A model generated the notes under the pieces. The model made no database searches. It was given only the letters and a program-made list of their open reading frames with translations, and had not been told where the DNA came from. A DNA stretch of 64,000 bases from Ascidiella aspersa (taxonomy: Eukaryota). The stretch's first letter is position 1; the number at the start of each line of letters is the position of its first letter. The position numbers and the translations under genes were made by a program. Positions 38,291-51,217 of this stretch are shown here, piece by piece. The stretch lies in the NCBI GenBank assembly GCA_963924565.1, contig OZ004608.1:10106001-10170000 (forward strand), given 5' to 3'.

Positions 38291-38602
38291 TGCACTTTGG
38301 ACACTAGATAATAATAGTTTTCTAATTCAATGAATTAGAGCAAAATGAGGCTAATTCTAAATCTAATCTAATTTGTGAATTGCTTGTGCGTTCTAATTCT
38401 AGTTCTGATCTAATTCAGATTTTATCAAAAATGCTTTTTAGTTCAACGGGACTTTTTAGTCTCTTAGTCAAAACAAAGAATTTGAATTCAAGCTCTTTGG
38501 TTGGAACGTAATTTTCACTGTCTGAAAAGCATACTGAAATGCTCTAATTTTAATTCTAATCTAATTTTAAAAAGCTATAATAAATCAGTTGTCCAAGTCT
38601 GC
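38291..38602. mobile_element. MITE family copy 2 (AATTCTA-rich)
   Basis: Homologous to 26892-27102; right TIR AGTTGTCCAAGTCTGC 38587-38602 is the exact reverse complement of the copy 1 left TIR. Confidence 0.75.
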
Positions 38603-41600
38603 TTATTTGGGATGGCATGTTGCTGGTAACCCAGTCTATATATCTCCAATTGAAAAAAGAAGCCTTTTTGGTCGTTTGTCGGCGCTGTTTTCACAGTTAA
38701 ACAACAGGCTGTCAGTCTTTCGCCTTGGAATTCGAGCGTCCTCACTCCCACCACAGGGACAACTCATAAAGGCGACGCATGAAAAAAGGCGCCCCCCCCA
38801 TTGTTGTGCAACCGGCTGTGACTTTCACCCAAACTCGCGTAACGTCAACATTGATGATCGCCTCAGACCTAATGGTATAGTTAAAGCCGGGGCGGGTTGG
38901 ACAAATAACGGCAAACTGCCGGTCCAATTACCAGCCACACAATCCGTTGTCTGTATACCCGCGGTATGCGCATCCTTTCTGAGGACTCTATGGCACTATT
39001 GACCCTGAGTTAAGTGAACGAATTCCACCGCTTTTCGATTGAGAGGAATATGACCTGTGTTGTGTGGCTTTTTGGGAACGCTTTTTTTTATAACAGACTG
39101 TTCCTTTTACCTAGCTGCTGCTGCTCTGCCTTGTCAGCCGATTAAAACAAACCCAGTTTTATGAACCCTCTGTAAATTTCAGGTAGACTTGCAAAAAATA
39201 TATGCTCATCCCGTAAACATAATCTTTAATTCCAATGTGTTACTTTCGCGATACATTTTTTTACATTTATTAGTTATTTTCATTCTTTCACCCGTTGCCT
39301 TGGCTTTTGTAACAAATTAACCTTAATCCCAGTTTGAGGCTGTATGATCTACGAACAATACATATAGTTTTTTTTATAAAATAAAAAAAATATAAAATTC
39401 TAAATAATCCTAATAAAATAAAATTCTAATAATCCTGCCTATTGGGCTTTTCGGAAATTGACCGTGTGGGCTGTAAAGTGCACATTAACGAATTTCGCCA
39501 CAGCACTTTAGGGATTCACGTTTGGTATACAAGGTGGGTACATCATTCGCCTATAACGGGGTATGGGGATTTATCCATCTGACAGTTAAATGCTCATTGC
39601 TTTCGCTATGTCGCCGTTTTCCCCCAATTGACCAAACTCACCCCTTGGGAGGTTGCTGTGACGTAAAGACAGTTATCCTCCGACGATAGCAATTTGCTGC
39701 AGTGACTGCATTTGAATATAAGAGTTTACCAAGTCAAATGAAAGTCGCGATGTAAATACAAGCTGTTTAGTATGGCCGAGAGATATGTACCTTTCCTAAA
39801 TGTTATTAGGTCAGTTAATGCACCATGCAGCTTAGCTTTGTTAGCTATAAGTAAGTAACACATTTTATTTTTCGAACTGTGATCTGTCGTGTCAATTAAA
39901 AATATATTTGAAGTGGATTAACTTTTTTGGAGTACCACTTGGCGATATTGGACTACTTGAAAATCTCGTTCCCACCGCTAAAACGGAATTAAAGTTATTC
40001 ATTTAAACAAGGGCGATATATTGACTTTCTTGGATTTTTTAGGCAATCGCTCCTAACATAAAATTTTAAGGCTTCTTGCATTCACTGCAGCAAATACGTT
40101 TGTCCCAGCAAAGTCCTTTTAGACTGCGTATATATTTTCTTCCCACCTTCGGTTATTCGGCAATTCGGCATGTCTTTATCTGTTCAACACATTCCCGATC
40201 GCGGCGTAGGCAAAACGTATTTCTTCGTACATGCAAAAACACAATCGAGTCGGCGCCCTTTGAATGCTTTCCCTTTGAAGAGTACAAAGACCCATCTCGC
40301 TTATAATCCGATTCCCCGGGCAGTCGGCAAGTTTTAGCGAACGCTATTGCACAGCGTGGCCACTGGGCCCGATTCTGTGTAAGTGATATAAGTCAATATG
40401 TAGAAGGTATTAGACTGTTCGCGCGCCTGACGCCAAAGAAAGTATCGCAGTTGCAGTGTATAGCGCTATTGCGGATTCCAGGCAAAACCGCCATAGACAC
40501 TTGTTGGTGAGAAAACAACAGCGAACTGATTCTTGGCCGTGTTTGACTTGACCCCGTGAAAATATACCAAGTTATGAAGAAAAGGAAATCATATTTAAAA
40601 ATATGTGAGAATAATTGTTGGAGGTTTTTGTAAGACTTAGTAAGAATATCAAAGCCCATATTAGAAGTAGGTAGCATTTTAAACGTTTTAAATATAACGT
40701 TATTCATTTTCAACATAGTGACCATGGTGACTTAAAATGTGTTTAAAATTGTTTTAAATTCTACCTACCTCTATATGGGCTTTAATATTATTACTTCGTC
40801 TAAGTTAAAAAATAAAAAAAATAAATACTTTCATCCAAGAAAGTTAATTGCCCTTTTAATGCTAGCTCACAATGATCTCCCCGCTGTCAATGCAATGACT
40901 GACTCACTAGAGAAAGTTCAGGTTAATTTTGCAACTGTGCGAGGTTCACGCCAGAATAAAGCTTTTATCTCGCCAGCTAGTCGAGCTTTCCCACCCCATA
41001 AAAGGGCTTTGGCGATGAATCACGTAGGAATGCGCGGGTTATTATTCACCGCAACCCCGACATAATGATTGCATCGTAAAAGGGCGTAGCGGCCCCCGCT
41101 TTTTTCCCCGGGTCGCGCCAATCGAAATCGATACAGTTCCGTATTCTGTCTCAGCGCGCGATCTCGGGCACGCGCGGGCGGCCGAAGCGATGCCTTACAG
41201 TGGCAACTGGCGGAAAAAGGGAATCGACGCAAATCATCAAGGCCAAATGGCGCTGGCCAGTCACACTTAGTCGGTCGTGACTTGATAGTCAGGCGAGTAC
41301 AGCTGCTGTGCTACAGGGCTGCATTGTGTCCGATCCTTAATTGTATCAAGCCGCGCTTACAGACTCCGCGGCCCGCTTCGGAGCTCGGCAGGGAGTTGCG
41401 GACCTTCTTTACTGAGAGGCAAGGCAGGGGATGGGCCGTTCAGACGCTGCTTATTGGATTTCTTCGCGCACGCTGTGTTTTGAAATTGGCTCTAAAGTGT
41501 GCAGGAGAAACAGTATAGGTTACAGCTTCCAAGAGAAAGGGTATAGGTTACTGTCGGATAGGGCCTTTAGCGTTTTAAAGCCTTTGTTGCAAATTTTTAC

Positions 41601-42087
41601 TAATGTTGTGGAGAAAAATTATATTGGTTACTAATCAATAGGTTTGCTAGATAGATTAGTACTCATGGTGAAAGTTAAGTTACCGGTTGTTAGAAGAAAT
41701 TTACAGAAATTAAAAACTCATGACTAAATCAAAGGGTTGGTCACGCTAAAGTTGTTTTTAGAACTCACTTTACGCCAAAGGAAACGGCTCTTGAGAAAAA
41801 GTACCCCGTTTTAAAGGTAAATTCTTGCGTGGACACTATCCTTCGTGCCTTGTCGAATTTCAATTAGAATCTTTGTGACCGCGTAAGTCGGTGAGCTGAC
41901 CGTTGCAACTCGAGTAGAAAAGGAAGCTTCGGCTAAAACTTGTGTAAATAATTTAGTCGCCTCCGCCTCACTTTTGTTATTCTAAGGATTAACAACGTTT
42001 TCGGCACCCGCGTCGCTGCCCTGGACAAGCCACAGCCGCCCGCGGCGTTTTGGTGTTAATATTCCCGCAGAATATATTTTTACAAGC

Positions 42088-42450
42088 AATATTCGGAATG
42101 TTACCCAACGCATCGCTCTTACAGTTGTTTGTCAACTATAATGCATTTAAAAAAAGTTTCTGATGTTGTTAAGCAAGGTTGTCCAAAATTATAACACTAA
42201 ATACGAACAACGTTGATCGCATTACCGTCATTTATCTGCTGTAGGAAGTTAACATGCCGAAAAATTTTTGCATGAAATATTCGGCATATTACCCAGCACA
42301 TCGCTCTTACACTTGATCGTTTCTCTGCCGATGCATTTAAAGACCATTACTGACCTTGTTAAGCAAGACTAAAAAAGCGTCGAAATTTATTGTATTTAAT
42401 ATGAAAACAACGTTGATTGCATCAACGCCATTCATCTGCTGTAGGAAGTT
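42088..42450. repeat. Two-copy tandem duplication, 188-200 bp offset
   Basis: AATATTCGG...CATCGCTCTTACA...TTGTTAAGCAAG...ACAACGTTGAT...ATCTGCTGTAGGAAGTT repeated. Confidence 0.85.
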
Positions 42451-43616
42451 TGAATCTACGAGGAAAATATACTCTGTTGTTTCGATTTGCTGCGATAAAA
42501 ATTCCCAACCGTCCATTACATCGTAGATTTTGGTTGTTCAGTGCGCCCATTGCATTCCAGTTTAGCAATTTCAAACGGACCAGGATTGCTTGGCCGGGAT
42601 TTTTATCGCCGCCGCTCACGAATGCACCTCGTTTACCGCTCCGCAAATTGCCCCGGCCCGCTTTTTGATGGCTTTGCCTCGACAGCGTTATACGACCTAT
42701 TTGCTTTAGGCTTACCAGGTTCAGCGAACTTTCGATGGCTTAGCGCTAGCCCAGTCGCGCAACCTGCCTTGGTCGTAAAGCCCTATTTCAGGTCGTAGAG
42801 CGGCTGGCTTCTCTGAGCTTTTGATGGCGGCGTGTTTGCCTTTACCTTTTCAGCAGGTGTTGCGCGAGTCGTATAAAAAGTGGTAAAATATCGGGTTCGA
42901 CGCCCTGTTAAGGACCTGACGAAAATCCCGTAAATTGCATTCAGGTTTTGGGAAAATTCCAGAGGGAAAAAATGGGAATTTCGCGTACTCATTCTTTGCT
43001 TTGAGAGTTTACCATAAGTTAAGGATGTGTTATGTGCAACAATGGTTTTAAATACAGACGATTTATTACGAATTTTCGGTTAGCAGTAAAGCGCCCCTTT
43101 GGGTTTAGTATTGTTGTTTATAAGGTCTGATTGTTTATGATCACGTTGGCGCAGATAAATAACGTTCTCGAAAGGAACAAGGCTTTTATAGTAGGGTAAA
43201 TAAATAAGGATCTTTCCCCTTTTATTGTCCCACCTGAGCCTATAGTTTATCAGGATGCGCGACCTTAACCGTCGCAAATAAATGTCAGACCCTACACTCT
43301 GGCGACAGATATATCAGGTACGTTTTCCTGCGCACCGTATGTGAGTTACGGGCTTCGTTTCATCAGCGAATAAGGTTTTTTGCAGAACCACATTCCAACA
43401 GCAGCCCGTGTATGTTTAAACAGCACTTTTCACAAGCCAGTAAAAAATTTAACAGGCCTGAACGGCTGGCACAAATCTCACTAGCTTCTCGGTATTGGCA
43501 GCCAGCAGCAATCGTTTAGCAACGTAATGTTGGGCGTACAGTACGTGACCCCGCTGTGCAGTTATTTATGCATGCGTCAGAGTAGGTTAATCTCCGTTCG
43601 GCTTAGCGGAGCGCGA

Positions 43617-43837
43617 TATAAATACACGCCAACCTCCTCTCGAACAGGAGCCGAGGTCGCTGGTATTTTCGGCCAGTCCCTACATTCGAAACTTCGCCTT
43701 ATATTTGTGACAAGCCATATAGTGTGGAGCGTTTTTTTAATAGTATATTGGCACGTTTGGTAAAGTCTTGAAGCAAAGCGTCAGAAAAAGGAAGTTAAAC
43801 AGAATCTGCCGACATTGCTGGGTCAGGTTGCCGTTTA
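43617..43837 (+). promoter_or_regulatory. Probable TATA promoter and non-coding first exon of the secreted-protein gene
   Basis: TATAAATA 43617-43624 in GC-rich context; GTAAGT donor at 43838; candidate acceptors at 45208 and 45247. Confidence 0.5.
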
Positions 43838-44122
43838 GTAAGTGTTAAAAAAGTGGAAAGCGAAAGTGTGGACGTAGAGAGCTTGAGTTCTTTACAGTTG
43901 CTTATATAGTGTCGGCCAATGTTTGACAGCCGTCATGTATTTCCGTGATTTCCAATGCTAAATTTGTGTTTCTAAAACCAGAAAACGCCAGTTTTACTTT
44001 TGGTGTCCTTCCTTAAATTTTGTGATGTTTTAAGTTCATGAGATTTATTTGCCATCCGCTACTTATTACGCTTAAAACAGACGTGACTATGTAGATAGCG
44101 CTACGCAAACAAGCATTTAACA

Positions 44123-44350
44123 CAGTGGTTCCAACCAGGGTTCCGTATTTAATGCTCGGTGCTGATAAATTTGTTAAGTTCTTTAAGATTGTTAAGTTTA
44201 ACGTAATTCATAAAAGGAGATGGTACAATGTACACAGTCAATGTGTGTCGTTTCAATGTTGTTTATTGAGACATTTCAGTAAACCACAGACCAGTAAAAG
44301 AAATCGCAATATATAGTGCCAGTGAGGTAACCGCAATATATGTACCATTG
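44123..44350. mobile_element. Degenerate hAT-type MITE
   Basis: Left end CAGTGGTTCCAACCAGGG resembles the 33392 TIR; right end GTACCATTG is degenerate. Confidence 0.4.
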
Positions 44351-45357
44351 CAGCAGGGTGCTGTATGCCAAAAGAGAACCACTCCGTTACAATTGCGCTA
44401 ATGAGTCGATACCGTGTTTTGCACAAAAACTACAAAATCGTCGGCGGGCGAAGTTTTTCGGCACTGATTTTTCCGGTTATGTGTCAGCTTCCCCGAAACG
44501 CGTCACCCGATATTTCCCCGTTTACGCCTGGCGGATTCGCAAGTGCGAGTTCGGAAGGGAAGACGGAAGGTTTGTGAACAAAACTCTGTCCGGCCGCGCG
44601 GAAAATTGCCTGGCCGCGCAATACGACAGGCGGGTGCTTTTTCGCTGCGCGATAGATATGATTGACCGCAGAGGAATTCGGCGGAAGGCGGCGTGTATCC
44701 ATCTGGGAGGCTGTAGCTGTCGGATTTGAAGTTATATCGCATATTGCAAGTATTGCTTCTGTTCCGTTCTTGGAAGGCTATGATACCACTGTTGGGTCTT
44801 TAGTATGCTTTGGTATGATAAATTGTCGTGCCCTATCATTTGGAAAAAAGGGCCCTATCATTGGAAATGTCACATTTTTGGGGTTACCATATTCTGTCGT
44901 CGTATAAGCTTTAAATTGACAATATTTTTGTGGGATAAAATCCACGTTAAATTTTAATGGGAGTTGCGTTAATCTGTATGTACTGTCCATTGCGATGTGC
45001 AGTTTTTTTAGGGTTTAGCATTGTTAACCGCTAAAAAAAACAGACGCCACAATGTGTTTTTTTTTAAATGGAACATAACCAGAAAAACATTTATTAAAGT
45101 AGACTATATTTTTTAAAAGACAGAAGGAGAAACTTAAGCGACCGTTTTGGTTCTTCAAAACTGTCTAAAAACCTTCACTATGTTGATATTTTACTTGTTT
45201 TTTAACAGTTTTCATTTATAATTTGAACTACCATTCTGTCTTTTCAGATATACTAAAGCGCAAAAACAACAACATAAAATACAACATTTGATTTCAAAAG
45301 CGCTATAGGGCATGCAAAGGTGAAAGCAGTGTGCGCTGAAACTGTTCCCAAACCAAA

Positions 45358-45678
45358 ATGACTCGCCAAGGACAAAGAAGAGAAGTCCAAAACAGGTCGT
45401 CACACAAACAATGTCGACTTTGGACGACCAACGTCACTTTGCTCTGCCTCTTATTGTTCCTTGCAAATCCTTCGGAGTCCTTTCAGCTTCACAGGAGCAT
45501 CATGAACATATTTTCCTCCTTCGGAGTCGCCGAAGAGGGCCCTGATCTTCCAGATGTCTCAGGAACGCCGGAGGACCTTTGCGCGATCGCCGCTCCTGTC
45601 GGAGGATACTTTAATCACTCGATGGGCGAGGAGTTTGTGCGGAGGAATTTCACGCTGACCGAAGAGCACTCCATAAAG
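45358..45678 (+). CDS. First coding exon of a secreted protein (signal peptide; possibly a Wnt ligand with a long N-terminus)
   Basis: AAAATG start, 107 codons, hydrophobic VTLLCLLLFLANPSES signal-like segment, N-glycosylation sequons NHS/NFT, GC-rich codons as in ALAS exons, strong donor AAG|GTAAGC phase 0. Confidence 0.75.
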
Positions 45679-48600
45679 GTAAGCAGAAATAGGAGTGTAT
45701 CGCCTTGTTGTTAATAATGATCATTGGCCGCAAGAAACTAGCGTGCGGTGGGATTTTATTAGTTTTTTTTAATAGACATTTTTGAAAGTAAAATAATCTG
45801 GCAGTGAAATAGCCAAAAAGATATTTTTTCTGTTGCAGTACACTAGCGATTAGTAACTGTTTTATTGTTGTTTCCACTGAAATAACCTGACGGATTTCAA
45901 ATATTTCTATTTTAAAGTTCTTTTCCGCAATAAATTATTAAATGAACAACAAACAATTGATTGAGATAAACATATAAACATTACGTAACTGGTTAGGAGA
46001 GCATCACACTGTCACAGTTAAGCCCATTAAGTTGCCAAATTACTTCTATTGGTAACCCGCAAGTTAACAAACCACTGTAGAGAGCGATACTTTGCGTTGG
46101 CGCTTGTAGGCGACTCTTACAGATTACGTCACCCAAGTTAAAACGCTTGATCCGAAAGCCAATTTGGGTTTTCCAATCTTGTTTCTTCTTCGGTCGGGTA
46201 CAGCCCGGCGGTAATTCCCGCTTATCCCCTAAATTACTCCAAATAGGCGGCCGCCCGGGCCAAGCAACGCAACTAGATTTGGGACCTCGGATCGATTGGG
46301 CAACATTAGAAAATCCAGCGGTTGTAGAACCGAATTTGCTTTTTACTGATGTGGACTTTAAAAGCTACACAACTAACGCTGCCAGGGTCTTGCTGCAGCT
46401 TTAGGGATGTTCCATACTTGAAATTTTATTCTGATTCTGATACCGAATATTGTAAACAAAGAGTTTCGTGATCTAAATAAAAATTGAATGACGTTATTAC
46501 AGGGGTCTAAAAAAACTCCTTTTTTTCTTCGAATGTCTTTAATGTTTTTTCATCATATTGTGAGGCAACTCTGTATTAATATAGTTAAATAGTTGAAACT
46601 GAGACGATATAAGGTATTTTTCCGGGTTTTAAGGTCAACATTTGGTTCGGCGTTTAGTTACCTCCAGTTTTTCGCCTACAATTTTTAGATTAATTTACCT
46701 CTCATTGTAGAATCGAGTTTGAATGCAAATCGTGGCTGAAATCATTTCATATCGGATCGGCACCGATGCCTACCACTTGGCATCAGGTATCGGCTTCTAT
46801 CCCATACTATCATACTTCCTCTTTTAAGGAAACGAAAATATAGTATAATATTTCTGTAATTTTTTTGTATTGTGATGTTTGTATTGGCTTAATACTATAT
46901 AGTATCGGAATCAGAAAAATACAACCGTTGGTGTTTTTTTAGTTACGATTTTGCTCCGCCGCAGTTAAATTTAATGAAAAATGGTTTAAAAACGTTTTGT
47001 CCCTAAACCAAGTATGCGTTTAATCTTAAATGCAAACTACCGGAACCAATCGGCGGTCGGTCAAACTTTTCGCGTTCATTCGATTTCAGAATCAATTTTG
47101 TCGCATAAACCCAAAAAATGTTGATCTGCCAGTCATCGGCTGGTTTGAGCGACGACCTCGGTTGTTTTTTAACGCCCAGAGCTCGCGCCGATGGTAAGAA
47201 TCAATCACTTGCGAGCAAACGATTTTGCGTAATTATCGAGCTTAGCTCAATCCGCCGGATTAACCAAGTAGTCTTCGATTGGGACCCTGGGAATTGCAGC
47301 GAGCCTGATTGAATTCCGGACTTGAACCTTTTGCCTTCTTGCAGCCCAACGGCCTTGATGAAGTGATTAGTTTCAATGCTGTGTGATTAAGAGAAAATAG
47401 GCGAGGTCGTGGCATTATTAATCCCAGGCGTAATCAAGCTTTGAAGGGTTTCTTTTTAACATATTTCTATTTTTAACTTGTTATAATTGTGGTTGGACTG
47501 AGACTAGGTTTTCACCAATGTTACATGGTTAGTTTTCTAAATATAGAAATCTTAGAAAAAATATAATGGTCTTTGAGTTTTGTTGATGTCAAGCTTAAGT
47601 TGTGTGTTTTTCAAAGTGCCGTTTATTGTATTGACTGTTGACCATGGCATTTATACGGTTTTGTGTTCGAATTGTATTTGAAAAACGTCGAGAGATCCAA
47701 TTTTAGGTCTTCGAACGGCTACACATTTTCTTTGAAATGCCTTCGAATGTTTTTGAATGAACTTTGTTTATAAAATTGTGTGGCAACACTGTTATAGTCG
47801 TTCTCCGGCTGATAGGGCAAACAGAACACAAAGGTTTTTGTTGGTCCACGAACGAGACTGTAGTGAAGACACAAACAATGCAACACGTTTAGTGTTTATA
47901 TTTCTAAGGAAAATGTTTCAGGAAACCAGCAATAAAAACTTATATTTTTTTTGCAAGCAAGCATATCCAAATTTCCCTTTAAAAAACTCAGTTAAGGGAA
48001 TTTGGTAACGCGAGAACACTCGACTTACAACGGCGCGGTTTTCTGTCTTTAATTCCCATCAGTTATGAGTCACTAAGTGCGGTCATAAGCGTCGGTTTAT
48101 GTCGCCAACCAAGGCCACCCTTGTCTTGTTCCGAAGCAGAAATATTAATATCGCTGTCACTGTTGGTCCCACGATGCATTGTGCGCGTCTGGAAAGAACC
48201 GAGACGCCGCCGTCGCAATTTCGCCGTCCGCGGCGCGCCTTAATTTAAATCGGCGACGCAATTTTGAGCCCCTTATTTTTTTCAATGCTGCTCGAAATTA
48301 CTCGTTTTAAAAAAATGATTTCCCCTTATACTACTATTCAATTTACTGCGTAGATTTAAATTTGAACACTTTACTCTGTGCATATACTTACCTTTGAAAC
48401 ACATCAGGCCCATTGTTACAAGCATTTTGGTCACCGGTTCGCATTGTGGGCCGTGCTTTTTGCGAATTCTTGCCTTGCCTGAACGGAAAACTGAAAAGAA
48501 AACCGTCAAGCCTATTTAAGTTTCAGTCCATTTTCGCTAAAGACGTATTTTTTTATTGTAGCCCTCATTTATTTTCTTCCTTTTAAAGCCACGTGAAACG

Positions 48601-50203
48601 CATTTTTCGGTCGTTAAGATCAATGCCATTCCGTTGTCGGTTATTCAACGAAGACCTAAAAGAGCGAATAATTCCTTGGCTGTTTGGAGCAATATCACGT
48701 TGTCTGAGGCAGTTTATCATCTGACACAAAATGAAAAATTGCGGCTCACAAACTAAATCGAACTGAACTAACATTACAGTTTTACAGCATTAGGACCTTA
48801 AAATTTAAAAAAAATAATAACAAACACTATAGAAAAAAAAACAAATTTCGGGGCTCATTTTTACGCGTTTCTGGCGTTTATTTTAAAGAATTTTTGCGTA
48901 TACAATATACAGGCACAAAAATCGGCGTAAAACCACAAATTATGGATTGCAGCAGTAGGGTCTCCGAGAGAGGCCGTCGCGAAAAAGTCGGCCTCCCGGT
49001 GCGTTTTGATTTCGCGGCACCGCCGGAATCTTTTCTGTGGGAACCGAGTCGGCGTCAGGAACCGCGCCCGGTGCCAGCGAATGCGGACCGCTGCCGAAAG
49101 AGACGCGGTCCCCGGGGGTCGACGGCGCGATTTAATTTCACGGTGCTCCCGGTCTGTCGAACCTCGTCTCGTCTCTTTTTCCCGACGCTTCGAAAGGCGG
49201 AAATTTCGACGTTGCCGCGTTATGCGACTTGCGTGTGTATTTCGTCTGCGTGGTTGGAGACATGAAGTAATTTGAAATTGGTACTGTAACTGTAGACGTC
49301 GTTTTTAAGGGCCTTGGAATTTTTTTTTTAGTTTTTACTTTTTAGCATACTGGTAACTATATTTTGTGCCTTCTTTAAGGTACCAACTCCAGTAGTTTAA
49401 TTCCACTATTCAATTACATATTTCTTGACTGAAACACAAGAATCATTGATATGAATGCCATAATTGCATGACGTAAATTTTGTTTGTCCAAAGACTAAAT
49501 TTGGCGAATTACCTGCCCTATAATGAAAAGTAGTTTTAAACGCAGGACAAAAACATCCACAGTAATCTGAATAAAATTCTTCATTTAATTGTTATTGAAA
49601 CGACCACTTTTAACTGATTTCCCAAATCGAGACATAAACAACGCGTAGAAAATAAATCAACGCGATTTGTATCCAATGAGTTGTGCAGAGAAACGGTATA
49701 AACATAAACTAGGGTTAACTTTCAAGTTAACTGAGTCTAAACGTCCCAGTACTTCTCCAACGAGTACTGGTTTCGTTACGCTCTTGTAATCGCTTTAGCC
49801 GAGGCCTTGTGTTACTTGCCAGTTCAAGTTGTTCCTGCGCAAATGGTATGATTTATCGGCGCCATAAAGCGACAGGGAGTGTGTTGTTTTGGTGCGCGCG
49901 CCGCCCGTGTTCTGCGACCACTGCAAGATCTTATCCTGGCAAAATACACACGACATGGACCAACTACGAATACATACGTTCGATCGCGCAGCGACCTTGA
50001 CAATGCTGTTCTTGCTGTGTTTTTGCCGCTAAGGCGTTTCATTAATTCAATTGTTACCTGCGAATAGGTTGTACGATGTGCCTTACACATTTAGACGTGT
50101 ATCGTGTACACTACTTTTTCGTGGCTGTGCAAAACCAACGTCAAAAGCTTCGTTTCTCCTACAAATTTCGAGATATTCGCTGCCTCTTGCGTTATTTGTA
50201 TGA

Positions 50204-50445
50204 AAAGCGCTATTTACCCGAGCAGCAAAGTGATGTCGAAGGATTAGTGGGGAATGAATCTGGAAAATACAAAAAAATTGACAAATTAAAATTGAGAATA
50301 CTCACCTTGACACCACCCGAACCCCAACCCTAACTTAAAAATAATGTAATGTATTTGAGATGTCCATAAACGCTGGGCGATTTTTTTAACTCAGTATACA
50401 ATCAACACTAGGTGTAAGCGTAACCCTCCGGTAAATAGCCGCTTT
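50204..50445. mobile_element. Merlin-like MITE relic
   Basis: Inverted ends AAAGCGCTATTTACC / GGTAAATAGCCGCTTT with internal CCCCAACCCTAA motifs like the 9332 element. Confidence 0.5.
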
Positions 50446-50915
50446 ATTCTTCAAATGCCAATCGGTTTTACTTTTTTGTTAGTGTTTTCTTTGCTTAAGT
50501 GCGAAGTGAAGTCCGTTTTATGTATGTCTCAATAGTTTCCAACAGCAATTTGTCCAAAGTAGTGCAATACGCAAAGTAGACATTTGCCCCTCACATCGTA
50601 GCTGTCAGACACGCCTGTACTTTCTCTCCAACTGCGCAACACACAAAATCCGAGAAATATTTCACTTGACGTATAAATATAGAAACAAACTTTTAGGTTC
50701 CAAGGCCCAGTATTTGAAACTACGTACTGCAATTGTTGGCAGCTTTGGTTTTTATGACAAATAATAATTATAAAGTATCGATTTTAATGCACACGTTACG
50801 AAACAACCAAAACATTGTACAGCGCAATAACATGCCTAATTAGCTTTGGCAACAAATGTGGTATAGCAAGGGCCTACATTGTTATATCTTTGTAAAAAAA
50901 CAAAGTTCACCATAA

Positions 50916-51217
50916 CAGGGTTCCCACAAAGTCTTTAAACGTCTTTGAATTGGTTTACGCATTGAAAAGTCTTTATAAAAACCTTTGTTTTTCCAGTCTT
51001 CGAAATAGTCTTTCAAATTATTTTATGTACAGCTTAAATTATGTGATTTGAAAATGTTTTTTAATTGTGTAGAGTCTGCAGACCATGGCATTACTACAGT
51101 TTTGTTTTCGAATTATTTAAAAAAAAGTTGTCCAGAGATCCAAGTTGAGTCTTTTTACCTACTATACTGTCTTCGAATGTCTTTGAATTTTTTTCAAAAA
51201 ATTGTGTGTCAACCCTC
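50916..51217. mobile_element. CAGGGTT-terminated MITE; second partial copy at about 47640-47790
   Basis: Termini CAGGGTTCCCACA / TGTGTCAACCCT; shared GACCATGGCATT...GAGATCCAA...CTTCGAATGT...AAAATTGTGTG. Confidence 0.6.

Noticed and set aside
26866-38602. 11.7-kb composite transposon bounded by perfect 16-bp inverted repeats
   Set aside because: Both ends belong to two same-orientation copies of one MITE; no shared TSD
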